DNA of 64,000 bases from Candidatus Woykebacteria bacterium. Its GTDB lineage: Bacteria > Patescibacteriota > Microgenomatia > Woykebacterales > RBG-16-39-9b. The translations under genes were made by a program, and so were the position numbers. The notes under the pieces are model-generated. The model did not search any database. It saw only the letters and a program-made list of their open reading frames with translations, and was not told the DNA's origin. The stretch's first letter is position 1. Each line of letters starts with the position of its first letter. Below are positions 46,563 through 56,514 of this stretch, piece by piece. The DNA lies in NCBI GenBank assembly GCA_040876345.1, contig JBBDPM010000006.1, forward strand, positions 70,803 to 134,802. The letters run 5' to 3'.

Positions 46563-47317
46563 GCAGCTTCCCTCTCAAGGATTTCTTCCGGGATATCAAA
46601 ATTTGCGTAAACTTTCTGAACGTCTTGTAGTTCTTCCAGTTTATCCATTAATGATAATACCTTGGCCGCCTTTTCCGCTTCCTCAATTCTTACTACATTT
46701 TTGGGTTTCATGGTAATTTCTGAACCGGTAATTTTTAGACCACGGCCCTCAAGCACTTTCTTTATTTTATCAAGGTTTGACGTCGCACAATATATTAACG
46801 CTGATTCTTCCGAAAGATCGACATCGTCTGCTCCGGCATCAGCGGCAGCTGAAAGTAGATCATCTGGACTAACTGCGCCACCTACCTCGACATCTATTTC
46901 GCCAGTCTGGGAAAATAAGTAGGCAACGCTCCCTGGAGCTCCTAAGGTGCCTCCACCTCGATCAAACGTAGTTCTCACCTCTTGAGCAGTTCTCAAACGA
47001 TTGTCAGTGACTGCTACAACTACTACTCCCACACCGGCTGGTCCAAAGCCTTCATAAATAACTTCTTCCAATTTTGCAGCCTCACTTCCCTTCCCAACTC
47101 CTCTATCTACAGCCCTCTCAATATTATCCTTAGGCATATTTAGCCTCTTAGCAGCTTCTATCGCTAGCCTTAGCTTAAAATTTGAATCGGATGAGGCGCC
47201 ACCTTCACGGGCGGCAAGGGTGATAGCGTTAGCTACCCTTGTAAAAGCCTGACCCCGCTTCGCATCGGTAACTCCTTTTTGCCGCTTTATAGTCGACCAC
47301 TTGGAATGACCTGACAT
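46559..47317 (-). CDS. yebC: YebC/PmpR family transcriptional regulator
   Basis: MSGHSKWSTIKRQKGVTDAKRGQAFTRV...; start set at conserved Met (47317) rather than ORF-track 47374. Confidence 0.85.
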   Translation of the reverse strand: MSGHSKWSTIKRQKGVTDAKRGQAFTRVANAITLAAREGGASSDSNFKLRLAIEAAKRLNMPKDNIERAVDRGVGKGSEAAKLEEVIYEGFGPAGVGVVVVAVTDNRLRTAQEVRTTFDRGGGTLGAPGSVAYLFSQTGEIDVEVGGAVSPDDLLSAAADAGADDVDLSEESALIYCATSNLDKIKKVLEGRGLKITGSEITMKPKNVVRIEEAEKAAKVLSLMDKLEELQDVQKVYANFDIPEEILEREAA

Positions 47318-47400
47318 ATAAGAAATTTTATCACAAAATGAAGCTAAAAACGAGATCGGAAGTTTGCGACCCAATTGACTAACGGGTTAATAAATGTTGC

Positions 47401-47805
47401 CTAATTTGATAATTCGGGTAAACCCTCAACCTCTTCTTTAAACTTTGGTATATCTTCTTGGATTGTTTTCCAAACCCTCTTGAGATTAACTTGAAAATAT
47501 TAGTGGACAATAATATCTCTCATACCGGCAATCTCTTTCCACTCTATTCCTGGGTGTTTGTCTCTGTATGCTTGCGGCACATTCTTTACTGCTTCACCAA
47601 TAATCGCAAACCTTCTTAAAACCCCATCTTGGATTAACTGATTTGTGTAAAAATCATCCTCCCCCAGATCGTCAGTGTATTCTTGTATATGCGTAATACT
47701 TTCAGAAATATCATCTAAATATAGACCGGCGTCTCTTTTTTCTTCTTTCATAAAATGGGAGCTTGAGAGCTTAGTATTCGCTCTTTGAATGGTAGCAATT
47801 TTCAT
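47401..47805 (-). pseudogene. HepT (DUF86) RNase-toxin homologue with in-frame TAA (47500-47502) at the x of the R-x4-H-x-Y motif
   Basis: ...IIGEAVKNVP...EWKEIAGMRDIIVH-[TAA]-YFQVNLKRVWKTIQEDIPKFKEEVEGL; homology continues 33 codons past the stop to TAG 47401-47403; no MntA partner adjacent. Confidence 0.6.
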
Positions 47806-48003
47806 CTTAAAGATATTAAATCAACTTGAAGGATTCTTGATACAATTATCGCTCAAGAGTTTCCTAATCTATTGCCAGAAACATAACAACCTTATAGATC
47901 GTATCCATACTCCTCCCCTCAACCACACAAGCTACTAATTTTACCTTGAGCGTTTAACTTTTCAAATTCAAAAGAAAGGGCTGATTGATTAACAGCCATA
48001 TCT

Positions 48004-48020
48004 TTGTCAAGACTTGACAA
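48004..48020. promoter_or_regulatory. 17-bp perfect palindrome TTGTCAAG-A-CTTGACAA (operator-like) in divergent intergenic region
   Basis: perfect 8-bp inverted arms; embeds TTGACA -35-like hexamers on both strands. Confidence 0.35.
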
Positions 48021-48063
48021 ACCCCATAAATTTTCACATATACTTAGTTCTTAGAGGATTACT

Positions 48064-48912
48064 ATGTCTGATTCAAGCTTAGATCCAAAAACTCAAGAAG
48101 CTATTGATGCAGCCCTTTCCGCCGATTGGGAAAAAGCCCTCTCTCTTAACAGGGAGCTCTCGGAAAAATACCCACAGGACACTGAAACTTTAAATAGAGC
48201 AGCTCGTGCCTATCTTGAGCTTGGAGACGTGATTAAGGCTAAAACAAATTATAGAAAAGTTTTGAAAATTGACCCTTACAACTCCATCGCCACCAAAAAT
48301 CTAAACCGACTCGAAAACATAAGCAAGGCCTCACTAATGGGGACTAGCACAAAGCCTGAAAATTTCAATCCCGAGATTTTCTTGGAGGAGCCTGGCAAAA
48401 CTAAAATATTAACTCTGGAGGCTCTCCCCCGAACATCTATACTCGCTTCTCTTAGTATTGGGGACGCGGTCGAATTTGAGACAAAAAGAGATGGTGTTAT
48501 CGTTTTATCAACATCTGGTAAAATGCTTGGGAAAGTAAGCGAAGAGTGGTCCAAAGGCCTCTCTGAAGCTATGAGAGCCGGTAGCAAGTTCGTAGGCTTC
48601 GTAAAGTCGGTCCACCTTAAAGACAGCTCAAAACAAAGTGCTCTTTCCATTTTTGTGAAAGAAATTGAACGCTCTCCAGATCTCCCGCAACCAGTATTCC
48701 CCGCTTCTTCAAACAACTTTACCCCTTACGTGCGCGAGGAGACTTTAGGACTTTTATCTGATAAACCCCTCAATACAGAGCTGGGCGGCGGCGAGGAGTT
48801 AGAGGAAGCCGACAGCGGGAAAGAAGATTTTGACAGTAACCACCAAACAAGTTCTTTAGAGACTCTTGCTGAAAAAGAAATCACCGAAGACCACGAATTT
48901 GAAGAAGAGTGA
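48064..48912 (+). CDS. TPR-repeat protein with acidic C-terminus
   Basis: 282 aa; TPR-like helical repeats (AARAYLELGDVIKAKTNYRKVLKIDPYN). Confidence 0.55.
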   Translation: MSDSSLDPKTQEAIDAALSADWEKALSLNRELSEKYPQDTETLNRAARAYLELGDVIKAKTNYRKVLKIDPYNSIATKNLNRLENISKASLMGTSTKPENFNPEIFLEEPGKTKILTLEALPRTSILASLSIGDAVEFETKRDGVIVLSTSGKMLGKVSEEWSKGLSEAMRAGSKFVGFVKSVHLKDSSKQSALSIFVKEIERSPDLPQPVFPASSNNFTPYVREETLGLLSDKPLNTELGGGEELEEADSGKEDFDSNHQTSSLETLAEKEITEDHEFEEE

Positions 48913-48931
48913 TTTATCAACTCCCGACTGC

Positions 48932-49732
48932 TTAGCTAAGCTCTTCTTCCTCTTCAGGAACAACTTGGGGTTTTTCTTTTGGTTTGGGTATTTCTTGAGG
49001 ATCTTGAAAAACTTGCAAATCCGGCGCTTTAGGCGCTTCTTTTACTTCTTCTTTAACTTCGGACGGAGCCTCTTCTACTTTTTTTGCCTCTTCTTTTATC
49101 ACCTGTCTTTCCCTAACCTTTTTGACAGGCTTAGAGGGTTTAACTTCTTGCTTTCTCTCATCCTCTTCATTCTTTTTTTCTTCTAGCAGCGGCTCTTCTT
49201 TTGACTTTGGCGGAATGTCCTTGTTTTTTTCTTCACCCTTTACTTGCGACTCAAGGGCTGCCCAAGAAGCAGTCAAATTTTGAGCTGGCAGCCAAATACT
49301 AACCTCAACCCCCACGCTCGCACCAGAGTGCTCCACGGCGGCAGGAAGCACTTTGTAAGAGCCTTCCGGGGCTACAACGTGAAACTTACCATCCTTTTTT
49401 GTAAGCACCCCTCTGGTCTTGAGCCTTTTTACGTGCTCAATTTGCTTGAACTTTTTCTCACCCCTCTCATCAACCATCTTCAATGTATCTCCAACCACAA
49501 GAGCGCTTTTTGAGGCGTAATTTGAAGGTACTGGGAACTTTTCACCGGATTTTGTAACCATATTTTCCCCATCAAAAGTTCCGATCACTCCGGAAAATAC
49601 CTTTTTCTCCCCTCGGGCAATATCGTCACTACCCTTACCACTATCAACATCGGCTAGGAGTTGCTTCGCGAGCCCGATGCTTGACTCGGCAGCTGAAAGT
49701 GCTTGTCTAATAAGTTCGATTTGTTTTGACAT
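48932..49732 (-). CDS. hypothetical protein with K/E-rich C-terminal tail
   Basis: 266 aa; immediately downstream (same strand) of the large ATPase. Confidence 0.45.
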   Translation of the reverse strand: MSKQIELIRQALSAAESSIGLAKQLLADVDSGKGSDDIARGEKKVFSGVIGTFDGENMVTKSGEKFPVPSNYASKSALVVGDTLKMVDERGEKKFKQIEHVKRLKTRGVLTKKDGKFHVVAPEGSYKVLPAAVEHSGASVGVEVSIWLPAQNLTASWAALESQVKGEEKNKDIPPKSKEEPLLEEKKNEEDERKQEVKPSKPVKKVRERQVIKEEAKKVEEAPSEVKEEVKEAPKAPDLQVFQDPQEIPKPKEKPQVVPEEEEELS

Positions 49733-49815
49733 TTTTACCTCCTTTTAAATTGTTTATTATTTGGGAGTTTCCAGTCTAATAGCTAGTAACTCCAAAATCA
49801 AAACTAAACTTCTCG

Positions 49816-52536
49816 TTAAGAGCCTCCCTTTGGAAAATTCTCAGCAACCACATTTTCTTTAGGTTCTTCCTCAAGGCTAGATTCCTGGCCGACTTGAGTT
49901 CTTTCAGACTTAGAAGGCAGCGGAAAATGCAATATTTCCACTTCCTCACCCTCCAGTAGCTTGGAGACGCTGGGGGTATTTTCCCGGTTGAATTCGGGTG
50001 GCTTTGGACTTTCTCCACCAAGTGTGGCCTCAGTCGAAACTTGGTAAATTTCTTTTTGTACAGGCTCCCCATCCACTGGTACTTCCTGCAATTTCTTCTC
50101 TTCCTGAACCGCCCAAGCGGGTGGTTCAGGAAGTTGGCCTGGACGAAACTTGGTCTCGGTCCACTTCTTGATAACTTTTTCCACTCTTTCCACAGGCTTA
50201 GAATAACTGGCTCTTGAAAAGCTAACCGCTTTGTCTCTTAAACCAGCCGCATCGGTAAATGGTGGTAGTGACCTAGCTGAGAAAGGTTGCGAAGCTTGAT
50301 CATCCACTTGAAGCTTTAAGTACATCTCATACCGACCCAGATTAATGATGTCATTTTCCAAGAAAATCGGTGTGAATTCCCTTTCTAAGAAGTGGGCGTC
50401 AGTTGGGCCAACTGTAAAACTAATAAGAGTACCCACGTTGCCAAAAATAGCGTCTTTAACAGCGTCTGGCATTTGCTCAATATATTGATGAGTCACTATA
50501 AGATCAAGACGATACTTTCTAGCCTCAGAAAGGACTACAGCGAAAGAATCAGTAGCAAAGTTCTGAAACTCGTCTGCGTAAAGGAAGAAATCTCGTCTAG
50601 ATTCCTCCGAGACATCAACTCGGCGCATCGCTGCAAATTGCAGCTGGGATACAATCATTGCCCCAAGCAGGGAAGAGTTATTCGTTCCGATTCTTCCGGC
50701 GGCAAGGTCTACGAAGAAGATTTTTCCAGAATTAATAATTTCATCAATCTTAATTGAACTTTTAGGTTGGCCAACTATATTCCTAATCAGCTCAGAGTTT
50801 AGAAACTGCCCGACTTTATTTTGGATTGGGCTAATCGCCTCGGTAATTAAACGCTCATTACCTTCCATTCTCGTATACTCATTATTCCAATAGGCTTTCA
50901 TTTGGGGATCACTAATTAAGCCAACGATATATTTTCGGTAATCTTTATCAGTGAGAAGCCTGGTTATTGATAAAAGAGACGTGTTGGGCACCTCAAGAAG
51001 AGTAAGGATGCTGTTTTTCAAGATGTATTCAAGACGAGGACCCCAGCTTTCGGCAAAGTATTTTTTGAATACATCGACTAAGGCATCTCCCATTAAAGTT
51101 CTCTGCCTTGGATCCACCATTTCAAGCATGTTAAGCGAGACTGGGTAGTCAGCGTCGGCTGGATTAAAGATAACCACATCGGAAAGCCTGTTTTCAGGAA
51201 CAAACTCCAACAGTTCATCAATAAGTTGCCCGTGCGGATCAAGGACAGCCACACCCTCACCGGCTCTCATGTCTTGGATAATCATATTCTTGATCAAAGT
51301 GCTTTTTCCGGTACCTGTTTTACCAATAATGTACATATGTTTTCTTCGATCGGGCTTCCTAATACCAAACTTAGTACTGGTGTCGCGAAAGATAGTCTCA
51401 CCGATGATAGTTGCTTTATCTGAGGGTAAATTAAGGGGTGGCTCCCCCTTTTTTGCTCTCGTCCAAGAAATTGTTGGCGTCTCAACTGAGATGTTCGGAA
51501 GGTGAAATATTGAAGCTAGCTCCTCAATGTTTAAAATATAGTCTCCCGATTCTCCCTCGGTAAAGAGCCTCCTTTGATAGGCGGTAAGAAGGGATGCTGG
51601 ACCAGCGGCCTCAGGATCGGCCACAAAACCATTTAAACTTGCCGTTGTGAATTGTTTAAATGAAGCTACGATAGAAGCGAGTTTTTGGGCTGCTTCCGCC
51701 TGAGTGCTTCCAAGAGTGACAATTCTAACTCTTGCCTCAAACCCAAGTTTAGAAAGTTTGTTTTCAATCATTTTAAGATCCAGCTCTTGACCGGCCGAAA
51801 GCCTGGGAGGAGGAGCTGGACGGGCCAGCTCAACTGGCTGGGGCCCACTAACCATATAAGGGAAGATATTCGCCCCTACTGAAACGATGTGTTTACCGAC
51901 ATCTACGATAATATCTCTAGGATTAACACTAACTGGGGAGATACCTTCCCGAACCATTTTTACATATTCATGGCCCCTTTCCTGCCAAAAATCGTCTACC
52001 GGCCTAACTAAATACTGCACCCAAACTTGCTCACCAACTCTTTGGGTTGCGATTGCACTGGTAACAGCCGCCAGAGGGTCCACTTCAAAATCTCTAAATG
52101 TCTTAATTGGGAAAGTAAAATCTTTTGCTAGAGTAAGCTCAGTGGCGGCTGCTTTGGAGGTTGACCCAACGCTCTTGGTGTAATCCAAGGCTTCGCGAAT
52201 CTCCGCATCTGGATATTGGGCATAAACTTGCGATTCAACAAAATTCTTAAAATGCCTTGGTGTAAAAACGTAAAAATTTACTCCATCAACTGAAGAGGCT
52301 ATCTCAAGGGATAGGTGCTCTTGAACTCCTGGAGTAAAGCGCAAAAGTCCGTGTAAAGAAGCAAACATTTGCTCAGCGGCTATAGGAAGTCTTTCGTTCT
52401 CGCGGGGAAGTTGAATAGACAGAAGTACACCCTCATCGATGTCGGGCTTTCTAACTCCTATCTCTAGCTTTCTTGCTGCTCTCCATGCCAGCAAGAAAGA
52501 GAAAAAAATTACGGCGGCAATTATTATTACGAACAT
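49816..52536 (-). CDS. membrane-anchored P-loop NTPase of the TraG/TraD/VirD4 (T4SS coupling protein)/HerA-like superfamily
   Basis: N-terminal TM; Walker A YIIGKTGTGKST, VAVLDPHGQL, Walker B FFLYADEFQNF, ...THQYIEQ; disordered C-terminus. Confidence 0.55.
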   Translation of the reverse strand: MFVIIIAAVIFFSFLLAWRAARKLEIGVRKPDIDEGVLLSIQLPRENERLPIAAEQMFASLHGLLRFTPGVQEHLSLEIASSVDGVNFYVFTPRHFKNFVESQVYAQYPDAEIREALDYTKSVGSTSKAAATELTLAKDFTFPIKTFRDFEVDPLAAVTSAIATQRVGEQVWVQYLVRPVDDFWQERGHEYVKMVREGISPVSVNPRDIIVDVGKHIVSVGANIFPYMVSGPQPVELARPAPPPRLSAGQELDLKMIENKLSKLGFEARVRIVTLGSTQAEAAQKLASIVASFKQFTTASLNGFVADPEAAGPASLLTAYQRRLFTEGESGDYILNIEELASIFHLPNISVETPTISWTRAKKGEPPLNLPSDKATIIGETIFRDTSTKFGIRKPDRRKHMYIIGKTGTGKSTLIKNMIIQDMRAGEGVAVLDPHGQLIDELLEFVPENRLSDVVIFNPADADYPVSLNMLEMVDPRQRTLMGDALVDVFKKYFAESWGPRLEYILKNSILTLLEVPNTSLLSITRLLTDKDYRKYIVGLISDPQMKAYWNNEYTRMEGNERLITEAISPIQNKVGQFLNSELIRNIVGQPKSSIKIDEIINSGKIFFVDLAAGRIGTNNSSLLGAMIVSQLQFAAMRRVDVSEESRRDFFLYADEFQNFATDSFAVVLSEARKYRLDLIVTHQYIEQMPDAVKDAIFGNVGTLISFTVGPTDAHFLEREFTPIFLENDIINLGRYEMYLKLQVDDQASQPFSARSLPPFTDAAGLRDKAVSFSRASYSKPVERVEKVIKKWTETKFRPGQLPEPPAWAVQEEKKLQEVPVDGEPVQKEIYQVSTEATLGGESPKPPEFNRENTPSVSKLLEGEEVEILHFPLPSKSERTQVGQESSLEEEPKENVVAENFPKGGS

Positions 52537-52664
52537 TATATTTTATCAGCCAACCAAATCAAGGCCGGCCAGACCTCCCTTATGCTTTCAAAACCAGGAA
52601 ACAAAATATCCCTGATCTTCTGACAAATTCTACCCTTTTACGGCTGAAAAGTCAACAAATAGGT

Positions 52665-52696
52665 CTAAAAACAAGAAAGGCCCCGCGAACGGGGCC
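52665..52696 (-). terminator. rho-independent terminator (minus strand) after LCP gene
   Basis: GGCCCCG-CGAA-CGGGGCC hairpin 52679-52696; U-run on minus strand (A-run 52665-52678 on plus). Confidence 0.55.
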
Positions 52697-52822
52697 CTTC
52701 TCATTCGTTAGGAGCGGCTAATTTGGCCACTCCTCGGAAGAAAGGAGAGAGATCAAGAGTATATTAGCACAAAAAACGGCAAAAGTCAAGCAAAAAACCA
52801 GGCGCTCTACTCGTAGAGAAGC

Positions 52823-53893
52823 TCATTTTCCATAAAACTTTTCGCTAAAATCCTCTCCAATTATCACTCTTACATCAACTCCACCCTCAAGATCCTCCTT
52901 TTCAACTTCAGTATTAAGAAACTTTGCCACTCTTTCGGCAACAAAATTTTTGTTACTGCCCAAAATTACTCTGGTTACAGAATTTTTCCCCACTTTTCCA
53001 AGATTTACGGTTGAAGCACCAAGATTGTTAACTAACCTCTCGACCACTTGGCCAAAGTACTCTTCTTCGGTAGAGTGGACAATTTCCACCACCCCCTTTT
53101 CATTTGCAATCGAGCTATCCAAGGATTGCTCTTTGATTAAAGTATCCCCCTTTTGAAAGCTAATTTTCTTATCTTCAGCGCTTTCTTCCAAATCCAGAAA
53201 AACTATTCTTTCCGGGCTCATTTGTTTATAACTCCAGGATAGATTCGCAATCTCTTTGACAGAGTAGCCTGTTTTCATATTGGTATCAAGCCATTTTTTC
53301 AATCCCAAAAATCCAAAGAAGAAACTCGGCGAGAAGATTTTGTTTTTAACTTCTTTTACTTGCCCATCATCAAACTCTAAACCTGTTTGGTTGAATACAA
53401 AATAACCGTCGATCGGTAGAGCCAAGGTTTCTTTAGTAATTGACAAGAGCGAATCAAGGCTTGAATCTTGATAAACCTTAGAAAAATAGGCAGCTCCCAA
53501 ACTTATATATTGATCAGACCCAAAAGTATAAATTTTAGTGGCTACCGGAACTCTTAAAATCGAAAGTGACTTTTTATTAGAGCTAAAAGACGCTAAAACC
53601 ACATCTTGAAGACTATCTCTCTCCGATAAGGAGACGATCATAATATTTGTTCTATACTTATCATTTACACTGCTGCCTTTGATAATGTTACTTTGTATTT
53701 TTTCAAAGGGTTTATTGACATTATCGATAAAAGAGGGAATTTTAAGAGATAGGTTTACAAGCGCCAGTAAAAGAACAGAAAGGAGGAAAAGTCTAATTAT
53801 CTTGGTTACAAATAGTCTCTTGTTTTCCCGTTTCCAAAGGCTAAGTCTATTATTAGCATGATGGTCAAATTTGATTTTTCTAGGCTCTCGCAT
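52823..53893 (-). CDS. LytR-CpsA-Psr (LCP)-like protein with LytR_C domain
   Basis: N-terminal TM; RTNIMIVSLSERDS...; C-terminal VEIVHSTEEEYFGQVVERLVNNLGASTVNLGKVG (LytR_C-like). Confidence 0.5.
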   Translation of the reverse strand: MREPRKIKFDHHANNRLSLWKRENKRLFVTKIIRLFLLSVLLLALVNLSLKIPSFIDNVNKPFEKIQSNIIKGSSVNDKYRTNIMIVSLSERDSLQDVVLASFSSNKKSLSILRVPVATKIYTFGSDQYISLGAAYFSKVYQDSSLDSLLSITKETLALPIDGYFVFNQTGLEFDDGQVKEVKNKIFSPSFFFGFLGLKKWLDTNMKTGYSVKEIANLSWSYKQMSPERIVFLDLEESAEDKKISFQKGDTLIKEQSLDSSIANEKGVVEIVHSTEEEYFGQVVERLVNNLGASTVNLGKVGKNSVTRVILGSNKNFVAERVAKFLNTEVEKEDLEGGVDVRVIIGEDFSEKFYGK

Positions 53894-53938
53894 ATATACA
53901 CTTTAAATCTCTTTTATCAATATGTTTTATTCGCAATA

Positions 53939-55633
53939 TTAAACTTCAAGCTTGGCTCTCTCCTCCATCTCTTCAAGATGTTTCTTTTTAAATTCACCAG
54001 AAACAAGTTTGTCAAAATTGGATTCAGCTAAAATGTGATTTACATAGTAACTACTTAAAATCCTCGGGACTATTACATAGCTTGCTCCTCTTTCATAAAA
54101 TCTGACTGCCAAAGAAGGATCAGCTGCCGTGACAACAATAGGTACATTTATATTTTTTTCTTTAATTAGACCAAGCAGCTCGTCAGTATCACCAGGATCA
54201 AACATAGTTGAAATAATAATTCTTGCTTTTTGCAAATTTAATTTTTCAAAAATATCCTCATCATTAATGTCGCCAAAAATTACTTTAACTTCACGATCAA
54301 CCAAATCTCTAACAATTCTTGGGTTAAAATCCACTACGACAACTTCATTCCCAGAGTTTTTTAAATTTTTTAATATTTCTCCCCCGAGACGACCACTCCC
54401 TATCAAAACCACATGATCGGAAAACTCCTTTTCAAAAGTGAAGGTCTTTTCTAAATCGCTACCCTTTTCAAAGAAATTGAGATATTTTGATATTTTTCGA
54501 TAAATTTTTGAGCTATTTAAAATAACGTAGGAGGAGCCTGTAATTGTAATAATCCCAACAAGCGTAACCAGGTTTACTATATCCTGACCAATGTGGGAAA
54601 CCTTTAAACCGAGGGCAACAATAATCAGCGAAAACTCCGAGATTTGGGCAACTGTAACACTTGCCAAGAAAGAAGTTCTTTTTTTAAATCCTAGACGGCT
54701 CATGATAAACATGACTATCAAAGGATTACCAACCAAAACAAATGCGGATAGTAAGACAGCTGGCAAAAAGTTGGCAACAATACCGGAAAGAGAGATTTTT
54801 AAACCAAGAGTTATAAAAAATATAACAATAAAAAGATCCCTAAGGGGCCGTACTCTCGCAGCTATTTGATACTCTTCCCTTGTAGCAGAGAGTCCAACAC
54901 CGGCTAAAAAGGATCCTATCTCAATTGAAAAACCAAAGGAATGGGCTAAAGAGGCAAAAATCATTGCCCAGGCAATTGAAAAAAGAAAAAGAAGCTCCGT
55001 GTTATCCGCTACCCGATCAAAGATCCAGCCCGCTAAATACTTACTAATAAGGTAAGTAAATGCAACAAAAAAGCCACCGACTATTAAGTTTAATAAAAGA
55101 TCGAAGGCTGAAAAATCTCCCTGACCCACTCCGGCAATGACAATTAGGGCTAAGATAGCCATTAAATCTTGAACTAACAAAAATCCGACGGCTACCTTTC
55201 CATAAAGTGAATCTAAATCTCGCTTTTCAGTGAGAAGCTTTACAACAATAATTGTGCTTGAAAAAGTAAGAGCAACGGCAATGTAAATGGACTCCAAACT
55301 ACCAAATCCTAAAAGTTTGGAAAGAATAAATCCAATAACACTTGTAAAAACTATCTGGCCAACTCCAGTATAAAAGGCAATTTTTCCAAGGTAGCGAACT
55401 TCGTCAATCTTGAGTTGAAGACCAACTAGAAAAAGAAGAAAAGCAATACCAAGTTCAGAGAAAAGATCTAGTGTCGCGTGCAGCTGTGCGTCTTGAAAAG
55501 CCCCAAGTGAGGCAGCAATTATTCCAACAAATATGTAAGCCAGGACTAAAGGTTGTCTAAACTTAGAAGCGACCGCACCAAGAAGTGAAGCAGCTGCAAT
55601 TATTATGCCAACCGAAAAGAAGGTAGCGGACAT
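53939..55633 (-). CDS. CPA2 monovalent cation:proton antiporter with C-terminal TrkA-N (RCK) domain (Kef-like)
   Basis: 12-13 TM exchanger domain; VVLIGSGRLGGEILKNL Rossmann motif. Confidence 0.8.
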   Translation of the reverse strand: MSATFFSVGIIIAAASLLGAVASKFRQPLVLAYIFVGIIAASLGAFQDAQLHATLDLFSELGIAFLLFLVGLQLKIDEVRYLGKIAFYTGVGQIVFTSVIGFILSKLLGFGSLESIYIAVALTFSSTIIVVKLLTEKRDLDSLYGKVAVGFLLVQDLMAILALIVIAGVGQGDFSAFDLLLNLIVGGFFVAFTYLISKYLAGWIFDRVADNTELLFLFSIAWAMIFASLAHSFGFSIEIGSFLAGVGLSATREEYQIAARVRPLRDLFIVIFFITLGLKISLSGIVANFLPAVLLSAFVLVGNPLIVMFIMSRLGFKKRTSFLASVTVAQISEFSLIIVALGLKVSHIGQDIVNLVTLVGIITITGSSYVILNSSKIYRKISKYLNFFEKGSDLEKTFTFEKEFSDHVVLIGSGRLGGEILKNLKNSGNEVVVVDFNPRIVRDLVDREVKVIFGDINDEDIFEKLNLQKARIIISTMFDPGDTDELLGLIKEKNINVPIVVTAADPSLAVRFYERGASYVIVPRILSSYYVNHILAESNFDKLVSGEFKKKHLEEMEERAKLEV

Positions 55634-56131
55634 TAGATTAGCGATTAGTCACACTAATAAACAATCACTGATTTAATTTTAACAGAAGCTTGGAAAAAGA
55701 AAAACGACCCGGATGGTCATATAAACTCACCACTTTGGGTCATTTCTCTTCCAAAGAAAACCAACCATTATTGATTTGCTTAGGATCTGAGGAAGCGTAG
55801 CGGAATCATTTGTTTGTCCGCTTTCTCATCTTTTCAGATGCTTCTCTCACGGCGTCTGACGACGCTTATTCAGGTCGGTCAATGCAGGCGGCCTCTCAAC
55901 TCGCACAGAAACAGCCGACCATGATGACAAGCCATACCCACAGCTACGACCCCAGCTACTGTGACCCCAATCACGGTGTCACTTAAGAAACAAGTCGTGT
56001 AAAGATGGCCCCATCACGTTCAACAACAAGTCTCTAATTATCCCCTTCTCCTTTACCACTTCAAAGTGAACTACTCTTACAGCGAGTGCCCACTAAGCAG
56101 TGTTGTGCAAGGATAGCTTGCCAGTAGATCA

Positions 56132-56494
56132 CTAAGAAGCGGCCCGAGCTCGCTCCTCTTTGACTGAACTACTGTACCTCGCAAACCTTCCGCCGGACCA
56201 CCTCCAAACTTCGCTGCCACCTGGCAGTCTGTACGTTATTTGCCCCGGCTCAAACTCCTTGTCTCCAACCCTGGTCACGGAAAAGGAGCCACCGAGTACC
56301 TGGTGCCTAGTATCGTCCCTCATTCTGAACTCGAAGGTGATATCATCACCATCGGTTCGCGTGTTGGTTAAGAACGGAAGAATGTCGATCGCGCCACACG
56401 ATAGCGCCTCTCCAAGTGTCATCACCAACTCCTCCTTGAGTTCTCGGATTCTGCTCCGATCCCACTGCATAACTAGCGTGATCAATTTTAACAA
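56132..56494 (-). CDS. hypothetical protein (GC-rich islet)
   Basis: 120-aa ORF, no recognisable family; flanked by about 430 bp GC-rich non-coding DNA. Confidence 0.3.
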   Translation of the reverse strand: MLKLITLVMQWDRSRIRELKEELVMTLGEALSCGAIDILPFLTNTRTDGDDITFEFRMRDDTRHQVLGGSFSVTRVGDKEFEPGQITYRLPGGSEVWRWSGGRFARYSSSVKEERARAAS

Positions 56495-56514
56495 AGTGAC
56501 CTATGGATGTCAAA

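Noticed and set aside
19685-47502. Stop-codon reassignment (TAA read as sense), suggested by two in-frame TAAs inside conserved genes
   Set aside because: TAA is the evident terminator of many well-supported genes here (CutA, both patatins, paralogs 1 and 3, and others) and gene lengths match families. Isolated nonsense mutations or sequencing errors are far more likely than recoding.
55700-56130. GC-rich non-coding islets (55700-56130, 34000-34500) as RNase P RNA, tmRNA or SRP RNA genes
   Set aside because: Conserved signature stretches were not found on either strand. These are tmRNA 3' GGTTCGAxTCC...CCACCA, RNase P AGGAAAGTCCGG and GTAAGAGCGCACC, and SRP GGAAGGAAGCAGC. The 34-kb islet reads as decayed protein-coding fragments.
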